Origin: Ascoidea asiatica JCM 7603
Lineage: Eukaryota > Fungi > Ascomycota
Reading direction: 5' to 3'
NCBI GenBank assembly: GCA_001600695.1
Contig: BCKQ01000003.1
Coordinates: 590,003-654,002 of the forward strand
DNA: 64,000 bases
This document shows positions 46,647 through 57,329 of this stretch, one piece after another. Made by a program: the position numbers and the translations under genes. Each line of letters begins with the position of its first letter. Position 1 is the first letter of the stretch. A model generated the notes under the pieces. The model saw nothing but the letters and a program-made list of their open reading frames with translations. It was not told the origin of the DNA and did no database searches.

Positions 46647-46898
46647 ACTGAAATCGGAATATATTTATAATAATAACAAAATTTAAAAAGCTATTTACTA
46701 ATATACAATATTTACAAAGTCTAGGAATATAATCAATTATCACTTTCTATTACTTATCTCTCTATCTTCTTTTACTTTTCTTCAATCTTTTTCAATCTTT
46801 TTTAATCTTTTTCAATCTTTTTTATTTATTTTCTTTTTATTTTTTTCATTTCTCGTATTTCTTTTTTCTTTTTTTTCATTAAAGCGGCTTTAGCCATT

Positions 46899-46912
46899 TG
46901 AAAAATTACCCG
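46899..46912. promoter_or_regulatory. RRPE-like and Reb1 sites in the TRM140/Ecd divergent promoter
   Basis: TGAAAAATT at 46899 overlapping TTACCCG at 46906-46912. Confidence 0.45.
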
Positions 46913-47192
46913 TGAAAACTCCGATCAGCAAACTTGAAAATCGCAGCAATATTTTTATTTTGATTTTAACCACTTTCAGCTATTTAAAAGATTATCCAGA
47001 AAGAATTCATTGGAATTGATTATCATAAATGTTTATTATCAACAATCAATATAAATGTTTTCTTATTCATAGAGCATTCAATCAAACAATTCATTCCTCC
47101 AACAAGTTAAATAATTCATTTGGTAATTGATCAGAAATCGAATAAATTGAATTTATCAATAAATTCTTCTTACTTTTTATATATTCAAGACA

Positions 47193-48845
47193 ATGTTTAA
47201 TCCTGTTGATCCTTCACATTTTATTCCTTGGACAAAACCAAATTTCTTGTTCAATTCAACTTACAACTTTGAAAGAGAATCATTATTAGGTACATTATTT
47301 TTAATAGATCCAGTTTCAACAAAATTATCATTAAATCAAAAACTTAAAACAATTAATGAAAATTTAAAAGATTATTTTGATCCATGGATAAAATTTTTTC
47401 CTTGGTATTATTCTCCATTAAAATTTTCACTTCAAGAAAATTATAATAATAAATCAAGTAATAATGAATCTTATGATTTTATTTATTTTGAATTAACTTA
47501 TGATCAAAGTTTAATGGATGAATGGTTAGTTGTTTATTTATTATTCAATTTTTCCAAATTAAAAGAAAATAAAGATGTTTATATTAATTTATTTGATTCT
47601 GATGGAAATTTTCTTTTAATAGAGGCAGCTGATTTTGTTCCAGAATGGTTAAGTCCTTCAACTTCATTGAATAGAGTATGGATAAATAATGGTTCAATAA
47701 AAATTATTCCAAAAGAATATTTACCTGAAAAAAACTTATTACTTTTTGAAAGTTTGAAATTTCTTGAGAAATTAAGTTATAAATTATTTCAAATAATTGA
47801 AGTTACTGAAAAAATTGAAAAAAGATTAAATCAATATCCTGAATATGCTTTAGAAAATATAGTTACAATGGATATAAAAATTCATAAAAAATTTGTACCT
47901 ATTTTTTTACAAAATCAACGTTTATTTATTAATTCATCAAATGAATTTATTAAGGAGAACTTGTCTTTGAAAACTAATTTAAAAAATTTTCAAATTCCTT
48001 TATTTGATAGCAATGATTATAGATTAATGAAAGTCAGATTACCGAATTTATTACTTACAATGCTTCAATTTCATTTTGCAAAAAAAAATAATACTTTAGA
48101 TAGTATTAAACTTTTAGAAGAATTATTAGGTATGTGTATGACTATTGGGCTTGATAATATGTATTCAAAAAAATTAGAACCAAAAAATATTATAAACTTA
48201 GAAGAAAAAATTAAAGAATATAATGAGTATATAGAACTAGATCCTTTACAGACGGAACTTTTAAAATCCAAAAGAATAAATCATTGGGTAAAACCAAACC
48301 CAGAAAAACCAGAAAACATTTCAAAAGATGAAAATTTTGATGGTAATAATGATCAAAATGCTGAATTTGAAAAATTGGCTAATTTTTTTAAAGATTCTAA
48401 AGCAGATATAGATGGTGTCCAAAATTTAGATGATTATGAAGATGAAGAAGAAAGTGATGATGATGATGATTATGATAGGAATAGGAAAGAATTAGATGAA
48501 CAAAGAAATTATTTCAAAAATGAGAAAATTGATATTGATGAAGATGATTTTTTTGAATTTTTTTTAACTAATGCTTTAGAATTAGATAAAGAAAAATTAG
48601 AAAATTTTAAATCAAATGAAAATGATATTAATCCTAAAAAAAAAAGAAAACTTAATGTTAATTATGATAAATATAATGATGATTCAGATTATTGTTCTGA
48701 AAGTGATAATAATTCAGAAATTTTAAATTTAAATGATTTAAAATCAAATAAAATTGATGAAGTTTCAGTATTAAAGAATTTAGTTTCATCAATGAAATTA
48801 TCAGGAGAAATTGGTCCTTCTTCAACATTTTTAAATAATTTATAA
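47193..48845 (+). CDS. Ecdysoneless/hSGT1-family protein (not the Hsp90 co-chaperone Sgt1)
   Basis: DEWLVVYLL, DSDGNFLLIEAADFVPEWLSP...NRVWINNG, IDIDEDDFFEFF, and C-terminal NLVSS...GPSST match the SGT1/Ecd family. Confidence 0.85.
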   Translation: MFNPVDPSHFIPWTKPNFLFNSTYNFERESLLGTLFLIDPVSTKLSLNQKLKTINENLKDYFDPWIKFFPWYYSPLKFSLQENYNNKSSNNESYDFIYFELTYDQSLMDEWLVVYLLFNFSKLKENKDVYINLFDSDGNFLLIEAADFVPEWLSPSTSLNRVWINNGSIKIIPKEYLPEKNLLLFESLKFLEKLSYKLFQIIEVTEKIEKRLNQYPEYALENIVTMDIKIHKKFVPIFLQNQRLFINSSNEFIKENLSLKTNLKNFQIPLFDSNDYRLMKVRLPNLLLTMLQFHFAKKNNTLDSIKLLEELLGMCMTIGLDNMYSKKLEPKNIINLEEKIKEYNEYIELDPLQTELLKSKRINHWVKPNPEKPENISKDENFDGNNDQNAEFEKLANFFKDSKADIDGVQNLDDYEDEEESDDDDDYDRNRKELDEQRNYFKNEKIDIDEDDFFEFFLTNALELDKEKLENFKSNENDINPKKKRKLNVNYDKYNDDSDYCSESDNNSEILNLNDLKSNKIDEVSVLKNLVSSMKLSGEIGPSSTFLNNL

Positions 48846-48884
48846 AGGTAAATATTATTATTATTATTATTATTAAGATTAATT

Positions 48885-49575
48885 TTAAGTTAAGATATTT
48901 TGATTATTATTTTCTTCATTATTTTCATATTCTTCATTTTCATTATTTTCATTATTTTCATTTTCTATATTTTCATCATTTAAATCCATATCTTCTTCAT
49001 CATCATCAATCATCATTTCAATTTCAGTTTCATGAAAATCAGAAAAATTAGATCTTCTTTGATCATTTAATGTAGAAACTCTTGCAATATTTGAATTAAA
49101 ATCAATAAATTGACTATTATTTAAATCATTTTCAAAACTTTCTTCAGATTCTATAGTATTGGTATTATTATTTGTATTATTATTATTATTTGTATTGGTA
49201 TTATTAGTATTATTAGTATTATTAGTATTATTAGTATTAATTGAAGGAAATCTTGATCTATAATTTTGATTTGAAGTATTGATTGAAGAAATTCTATTAG
49301 AAGAAATTCTACTAGATGGAAATCCATGATTTGAATTAGAAGTAATATTAGATCTTTCATCAACTTCATCATATTCTTCTTCATAAGCCATAAAATCCGA
49401 ATCATCATTATCATCAGTAACTTGATAATTATCTTGAAAATCAAATTGATAATTATCATTATCATGATTTACACCATAACTACTACCATGATAAAGTTCA
49501 TCAATTTCATCATCATTTAAACTATCATCATCATCATAATCATTATCATTATCATTATCATTATCATTATCATAA

Positions 49576-49616
<41 letters not shown>

Positions 49617-50234
49617 ATTATCATTATCAGGAATAGCAGCATCAAGATCAATATCATCCAGTCTTTCATTACCAACATTGGTTGTATTAGTAGTATTATT
49701 ATGATTATTACCAGTTATATCATTATTTGTTACAGTTCCTTCAGCTTGAATACCATCATGATCAGTTAAAATATTTTCAGCGGTACCCATTAAAGATTCA
49801 TTATATTCTTCATCCATTCTACTTTCAGATTGTTTTTCTTCTAATAAAGTTTTCATTGTTTTTCCAATACCTAAAGGTTTTAAATAATTATAACCTAAAG
49901 TTTTCATACAATTTAAATAAGAAATTTTAGATTGAATTTCTTGATCAAACATTGTTGAAGATGATGAAGAAGGTAAAGATAATGGATTTGAAGAAAGCAT
50001 TGCACCAACTTGAGCAGAAGAATATGATGATAAAGGTGGAGTAAATTGAGAATTTGATGGTAATAATGATTGTTGTTGTCTTGAACTATTACGATTATTA
50101 TGTTGAAATACTTCTAAACGATCATTAGCTTGATCTCTTGCTTTTCTTAAATAACCATAATGATTACTTGTTGAAGTATTATCATTAAGCCATAAATGAT
50201 GAGCATCTCTTGGAACTAAATCAGGAAGAAACAT
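48885..50234 (-). CDS. MND2: APC/C subunit Apc15/Mnd2-like
   Basis: ATG at 50234 (MFLPDLVPRDAHHLW); LGYNYLKPLGIGKTM; DIDLDAAIPD; long acidic tail. Confidence 0.75.
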
Positions 50235-50454
50235 TTTCAAATATATTAACTGTTTAATAATTACTTTGTACTTTGTACTTTATACTTTATATAATCAAAT
50301 AAATATAGAAATAAGCATTGATAATTCATATGAATATTTATATAAATTATATTTATTTCATTTTCTTTTATTGCTTTGAATAGAAAATAATTCTATTTTA
50401 TTTATTGTCTTTGATGTTTACTCTTCACCATTTTGGGGGGTTTAACAAGTATAT

Positions 50455-50463
50455 GTCACGTGA
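50455..50463. promoter_or_regulatory. Cbf1-type E-box GTCACGTGA
   Basis: Perfect RTCACGTGA about 220 bp upstream of the MND2-like ATG. Confidence 0.55.
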
Positions 50464-50633
50464 ATACGCTTAAATTAATCATTTTTTAAAGAAATGAAGA
50501 AATAAAGAGATTGAAGACAAACACGAAAGTGAATCACGAAAGTGAATCAAATGAATAAACACAAAAAGATATTAAAGACAACAAAACTAATAATGATATG
50601 ATATTGGAATTTGGAATTTGGAATTTATTTTGT

Positions 50634-51113
50634 TTATGAAGATGCTTGAGGCGATAATAAAATTTTATCAACTTTAGAACTTTGAAGATGAATTGAAGGT
50701 ATTATCCATTTACCACAACTACATCTTGAACCTTTCCAACTATAACCACCAATTTTTGAATTACATTTAATATTTGGACAAATAAATTTACCTTCAATTT
50801 CACCTTTATTAATTAATTCATTTTTCATCCAATTTAAAGGTTCAATTAAAAAAAAATGAGAACAAGAATTTTGAGCAGGTGTTAAATTTACAATTCTTTT
50901 TGAATTTGGAGCAGTTTTAATAAATGATGATTGTTTTGAAGATTCATTTGGAATTTTATGAAAATTTAATTGATTTGATAATGCTAAAATTTGTCGACAT
51001 TTTTTACAACGTAATTTAAAATTTTCATTATTTGAGTTATTATTATCTAATTTATTTTCATTTAAAGCATTATTGAATTGATTTGATATATTATTATTTG
51101 ATATTTCTTCCAT
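50634..51113 (-). CDS. YVH1: Yvh1/DUSP12 zinc-binding domain only (no phosphatase domain)
   Basis: RCKKCRQILA...H...CSHFFLIEPLNWM...EGKFICP...CNSKIGGYSWKGSRCSCGKWIIPSIHLQSSKVD. In-frame TAA two codons upstream of the ATG. Confidence 0.8.
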   Translation of the reverse strand: MEEISNNNISNQFNNALNENKLDNNNSNNENFKLRCKKCRQILALSNQLNFHKIPNESSKQSSFIKTAPNSKRIVNLTPAQNSCSHFFLIEPLNWMKNELINKGEIEGKFICPNIKCNSKIGGYSWKGSRCSCGKWIIPSIHLQSSKVDKILLSPQASS

Positions 51114-51724
51114 TTTTTAAAAATTGTTTTTATTATTATTTACTTTTATTTCTTATTAATTATTTAATTAATTATTTATTTTAGTTACAGTTACTGTATT
51201 TAGTTTAATTTAAATTATTATAAAATTACTCATACATTAAAAAAATATAAAAAAAGAAAAATGGAAAATTAAAAGCCAAATTTGAGGTACTTCTTTCAAT
51301 TACCATTTTCATGGGTCCAATAATAATATTTCAATTTTATAAAACTTTTTCATTAAAATCATCAAGATCAGATAAAATTGGTGACTTTAAAGAAATAATA
51401 AGGATTGCAAAAAAAAGATATAATTTCTATCATTCGTAATTCATATGTACATTAGAATTATATATTTGTTTGTTTATATAGGCAATTGAAAGATTTAAAT
51501 AAGATAATTTGATTTCATTTTAACTTTTTTTTTAAAAGTTTTCTTTAAAAGTTTTCTTTAAAAGTTTTCTTTAAAAGTTTTTTTTTTTTTTTTTTTTGTA
51601 CAATATTAAAGATTTAAATAAAGTGAAAGATAATAATAATAAAAATAATGATAATAAATATGTATTTTATGATTAATAATTAAATTTTATTAAGTTATAA
51701 TTATAATTATAATTATAATTATAA

Positions 51725-52822
51725 TTAATCAACTTGTTTTTCAAAAGTTTCACCAGCAACTAAATCAGGAATATCAGCATCATCACCAGGAGATTCAATT
51801 ACATCAGAAGTTTTACCATTAGCAGCAGTTGCAGGATCTAAACCACCTTGTTTTTGAATATTTTCAGCTAATTGTCTTAAAATTTCTAAATTTTCAGAAC
51901 CTAATTGTGGTAAAATATTTGGTAATAAATCAGTTAATTGTTTTTCTTGTGGACGTCCATGAACTGCGAAAGTATTATTTTGAGTTGAAGCTTGAACTGA
52001 AGCACGATTAAAATGTAAAACATTACCATCTTCTTTAAAAAAATTAACTTCTTCAATACCATCTAAAGTTTGTGGAGATAATTTTTGTAAAGTTGTTTGT
52101 AATTTTGAATCATCTACATCATCTCTAAATACCTTCTTTGCTTTACGACGAGAACCACTAAATTAATAAATAAAAAATAAATAAAATTAGTTAGAATTTG
52201 TTAAAAATATATTTGTAATAAATATTTGTAATAAATATTTGTAATAATTTGTAATAATTTGAAATTGACTAGAATTGATTATACTTTGATTATAATTGAA
52301 ATTGAAATTGAATTGAAAATGGAATGTAATTAGATATCAAAGTTTTCATTATACTTATATTCCATTTAATTGGAATAATTGATTTGAATCTTTGTATGGA
52401 AATATCTGGATATAAATAATAAATTGAAATTAATTATGATGAGATTGATTAATATAGTATATTTTAGTCTATAATACTTTTTTATATTTCATAATTCCTA
52501 ATTATCTATACTTCTTTCAATGATCTTCAATAACATTTAATAATTTTTAATAATTTTTATAATTCTTAATAAATTTTTTGATAATTTTCAATAAATTCAA
52601 TAAATCTAGTATTGAATTAAATTCTTTCTTTCAATGAATTATAAATCTTTTTTTTATTTTTTAAAAGATGTTTAAACATACCCTATAAATAAAAGTAAAA
52701 TTAGTTAGTAAATTGAAATCTTTTTTTTTTCAATAAGAATATAATTATAATTATTAATACATACCAATTTTAGTAGTGCTTGCTTTCTTAAGTTTAGCTA
52801 ATTTTGCAGGATCGACAACCAT
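51725..52822 (-). CDS. EGD1: NAC beta subunit (BTF3); exons 52822-52765, 52682 (1 nt), 52157-51725; 163 aa
   Basis: Spliced product MVVDPAKLAKLKKASTTKIGGSRRKAKKVFRDDVDDSKLQTTLQKL...IEEVNFFKEDGNVLHF...NTFAVHG...LLPNILPQLG...DIPDLVAGETFEKQVD*; 58+1+433=492 nt. Absent from the ORF track. Confidence 0.93.
52158..52681 (-). other. EGD1 intron 2 (524 nt)
   Basis: GTATGT donor at 52681, TTCTAAC branch at 52196-52190, TAG acceptor ending at 52158. Confidence 0.9.
52683..52764 (-). other. EGD1 intron 1 (82 nt)
   Basis: GTATGT donor at 52764, TACTAAC at 52710-52704, TAG acceptor ending at 52683. Confidence 0.9.
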
Positions 52823-54083
52823 TTTTATATATTATTATATATTATTATATTATATTATATTATTTTTACAATTATATTTATATTTATTATATGAATTTAA
52901 TATATATATTAATATATTGAATTGTGTTTAATATTTTATTTTCAATTTCAATATAGTAAAAAGTAAGTATTACTAACAGTAGAAATCTTCAAGGCTCTGG
53001 TTGATTTGCAGTGCCTAAAATTTCACTATTCAAGCACTCGTTAAACAGCAGTGAAAGAACAGTGAAAGAGCTGGGGGCATGAGAATCGCGTGCTCGTCCA
53101 CCGCGCAGTTTCCAGCCAAAACCCAGCCAAGACCCAAAGCAAAACTCAGTGCTGGGGAAAAAGAAGAAGAAAAAGAAAACGAGAGGAAAACGAGAGGAAA
53201 ACGAAAAGACGGCAAAAGATGCGTGGGAGGGTAACAGCTAGGGATCTGGTGCAAGGATGTGAGTTAACAGAGACCAGGTTGGCGGGTCGGCTACTTTAAT
53301 TTTTTCATTTGGTTATTTTGTTCCGTGGCACGGATTCCTTTTTTTTGAAATTTTCACTTGACACCCGGATTATTTAAAAGGTATACGGATATTGCAATTT
53401 ATAAGCTCGGCTGAAAACATTAAAAGTAATATCCTCTTTAACATATTATATAATGATGAGGAATAAGAGAAAAAAAAGTTAAGAGAAAAGTAAATGAATA
53501 AAAAACAATTGAGAAGAATGCCAGAAGATGAAAAAAAAAATGAAAAAATTGAAAAAAAATTAAGATATAAATAAACATAAAATATACAATAAACATTTTG
53601 AATTTGAAATTAAGTTTATAATTCTTATTTCAAATATAATTATTATATTAAGTATTTGGTATTTCAACAACAAGAGAAAAAATAAAATAAAAATAAAAAA
53701 ATTTAAGTTCATTAGAATATATTCATAGAAATCTACCGGCTCAAGATAATTGACCAATCTAATCTAAAAGGAAATAAGAAAATAAGTAAATAAGTAAATA
53801 AGTAAATAAGTAAATAAGTAAATAAGAAAACAAATTTAAGAGAAAAAGATAATAAAAAAAAAGAAAAAAAGATCAAAACAAAATCCACACATTAACATAA
53901 ATAACAACAATGACAATATAAACATAAATAATAACAAAACCATGACAGAATAAAATAAACCAAAACAAAATAAAACGAAATAAAACAAAATAGAATGAAA
54001 CGTAATAAAATAAAATAAAACTTAGAATTTCAACTCAATTCAATAATACTTTAATAGTAATTCAATAATAATAATAAATTTGA

Positions 54084-56183
54084 TTATATAGATAATTTTA
54101 ACCAATCCCATTCACTTCCAAGAGTCTCATTATTAGAATTATCAATACCTATTCCTGTTTCATTTGAATTATTTCCAATCATATCAAAATTAACATATTC
54201 ACTTCCATTTTCACTCATACTATTACTATTCATTCCAGGCTTATTTATAATCTTATTACTACTATTATTACCATTAATATTACTATTACCATTATTATTA
54301 TTATTCTTAAAATTATTACCATTACCATTCATTCCATTCATATTATTCATATTATTCATATTATTCATATTTGAACGATTCATATTTCCATAATATGAAT
54401 TATTCATCATATTATTCATACCACCATTATTATTATTCATCATTGAAGGAATATTAATTTGAGATTGAGATAATGATTGAGATTGAATACCAAACGTTTG
54501 ATTACGATAATTAATATTTCCATTAGATCCAAATTGTTGCATTCTTGGTCTATCATATGGTGAAAAATTATTTGGTAATGATGTTGATGGTCCACTTGTT
54601 GTCATTGGTGTATTAGGTAATGAATCATTATTAGAATAAATTGATCCTCCATTTTTCGGTATTCTAATTGATCCATCTATACTACTAAGTCTATTATTAT
54701 TTCTATTATTATTATTACTATTATTATTCATACTCATTGAATTCATATTTGGTCCCATATTCATATTCATATTCATGTTCATATTATTATTATTATTATT
54801 ATTACTATTATTATTACTATTATTATTCATATTTGGCCCTATATTCATATTCATATTCATATTTGTCATATTATTTATATTATTCATTGGACCTCCATGA
54901 AATGATCCTGATTGCATTGGATTATCAAACCCAATTGGAGAAAATGGAGTTGCAGGTGTATGTTGACTTGAAGAAATTGGTATACTTAATGGATTTGAAT
55001 AAATTGTTGAAGAATTTTTATTTGAATTTGAATTTGTTTTTAAATTTAATGGTCTAACAACTCCATGTAATTTAAAAAATAATCCACATGCATTACAAAG
55101 TAATTTACCTTCTGCAGTTTTTCTCCATAATGGTGTTGTTCTTGTTTGACAATTTGCACAACAAACATGTTTTGGAGAATCATCTGAAATTGATTTACTT
55201 ATAATATTTTTAGAATTTTGTTTATTTATTGTTGAAATTCCAAGTGATATACTTTTATTACTTTTTATTCTTGATTTATTATTATTATTATTATTGTTGT
55301 TATTGTTATTGTTATTGTTATTGTTATTGTTATTCTGGTTACTATTATTTTTTTTATTTGAACTTATAGATGTTGATAAACTTAAAGTTTCATCAGATTG
55401 ACTAACAGTTTCAATTTTTGATTTATTTGAATTTGAATTTGAATTATTTTCATTTGCAGTCATTTCTAAAGTAGTTATATAATCAGTTAAAGAAGATTTA
55501 ATATTTGGATCATCATCTAAAAAGAAATCTGACTTTTGTTTCTTCAAAGATAATTTATTATTATTTGAATTATTATTTGAATTATTAATATCCATCATAC
55601 CAAATTCTAAAAATGAAGTATCTATATTACTTTTATTATTATTAGATTTATTTTTATTATCATTAGTTTCATTTAATTTATTTTCATTTGAATCAGGAAA
55701 ATAAGATGATAAATCAAGAAAATTATCAAAATTATTATTATCATTATCCATATTAAAATCAAAATGAAATGGATCATTAATATTCAAATCATTTGAATTT
55801 GTATTATTATTATTATTATTATTATTGACATTATCATTTTTATTATTTATTGAAAGTTTTGATTTAGAAATTATTGAATTATTTGTTAAAGTAGAAGTTG
55901 ATAAATTAATACTATTATTACTATTATTATTATTTATACTATTACCATTAAAATTTTTAGAATTATTATTATTATTATTATTACTATTGTTAATATTAAT
56001 ATTTTTAGAAGGTTTTATTGAAAAAACAGAAGTTGCATTTGATGTTAAAGAAGTAGCTTCAGGAGAAGAATGAGAATTTGGATCAGCAGGACTTGTAGAA
56101 AAAGATAAATTACTATTTTTTCTAACTATATTTGAAATTGGAATATTATTTTTTATATTATTATTATTATTATTATTATTATG

Positions 56184-56219
<36 letters not shown>

Positions 56220-57329
56220 TTTAATATTATTTTGAATAATTGAAGAATTTGTTGATTTTTCTTCTTGAGATATTTTTTTAATATGAGCAACATAATCAAA
56301 ATCATCAATAATTGCATCATCATTGTTATTATTGTTATTATTGTTAATGTTATTCATATCCATATCTATATTTAAATTCATATCCATATTCATATCCAAA
56401 TTTAAATCCATATTCATATCTATATTATTCATATTCATATTCATATTCATATCTAATGGAATATCTAAAGGAACATCAATAGAATGCATATCTAAAGACA
56501 TATTATCTAAATGAGAATTTGAAATTGAATTTGAAGGTAAATTCATATCAATATCTAAATCTAAAATATTTGAATTTAAATCCATATCCATATTCATATA
56601 TTTATTCATATTCATATCTAAATCTCTATTAATATCCAGAATTGAGTTATTATTATTATTATTATTATTTGATTTATTAATATTTGAAGATATTGAATTT
56701 GATAATATAGATTGTTTTGATTTTTGTTGTTGTTGATTAAAGAAACTATTTCTTCTTGATATTGGTTTTAATATTTTTCTATTATTATTATTATTATTAT
56801 TATTAGTGGTTGTTGTTGTCTTTATACTTTTATTATGAAAGGGGTGAATGAATGAATTATTAATATTATTAAGTGAAGTTGTAGAAGAAGAAGGAGAATA
56901 AATTGATTTTGAATATTTTAAAGAATTAATTCTCCAAGCTAAATTTGTAACTCTTGTTGCATCAGGTAATTTATGTCTTGCACTTGAATACATTTTATAA
57001 ATTTCATAAGAACTTTCATCTTGTAAAACATCTTTAATATTGAAAGATATTTTCTTATTTGAAGATATATTTATTGGTAATATGTTATTGGTGTTGTTAT
57101 TGGTATTGTTGTTATTGTTATTGTTTGATTTTGATTTTGAATTTTTAGAATTTTTTATAGGTTTATTTGATTTTACATATTTTGATTTTGATTTATATTT
57201 TGATTTATTATTATTTATATTATTATTATTATTAGTTATATCATTTGATATTATTAATTTATCCTTTTTATTAATACTTTCAACATTTGATAAAGGAGAT
57301 TTTGTTTTAAATTTATCTTTATTTGACAT
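54084..57329 (-). CDS. AreA/Gat1-like GATA transcription factor
   Basis: N-terminal IYKMYS...RVTNLAWR (DUF1752-type), [11 protein letters not shown], single finger [14 protein letters not shown]...[18 protein letters not shown]-terminal EWDWLKLSI. Confidence 0.85.

Noticed and set aside
51270-51410. Possible snoRNA/snRNA or YVH1 upstream exon (TGATGA on the minus strand)
   Set aside because: No downstream CTGA D box, no recognisable guide or snRNA sequence, and no phosphatase-like translation.
51829-52011. 60-aa plus-strand ORF
   Set aside because: Antisense to EGD1 exon 3.
52158-52764. Single-intron, zero-length ratchet, or donor-interrupting stwintron models for EGD1
   Set aside because: Each drops the G at 52682 and frameshifts, or is unnecessary because both donors are already intact GTATGT; only the 1-nt exon restores KIGGSRRK.
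52961-52980. GTAAGT...TACTAACAG on the plus strand
   Set aside because: Donor and branch are only a few bases apart and antisense to EGD1; cannot form an intron.
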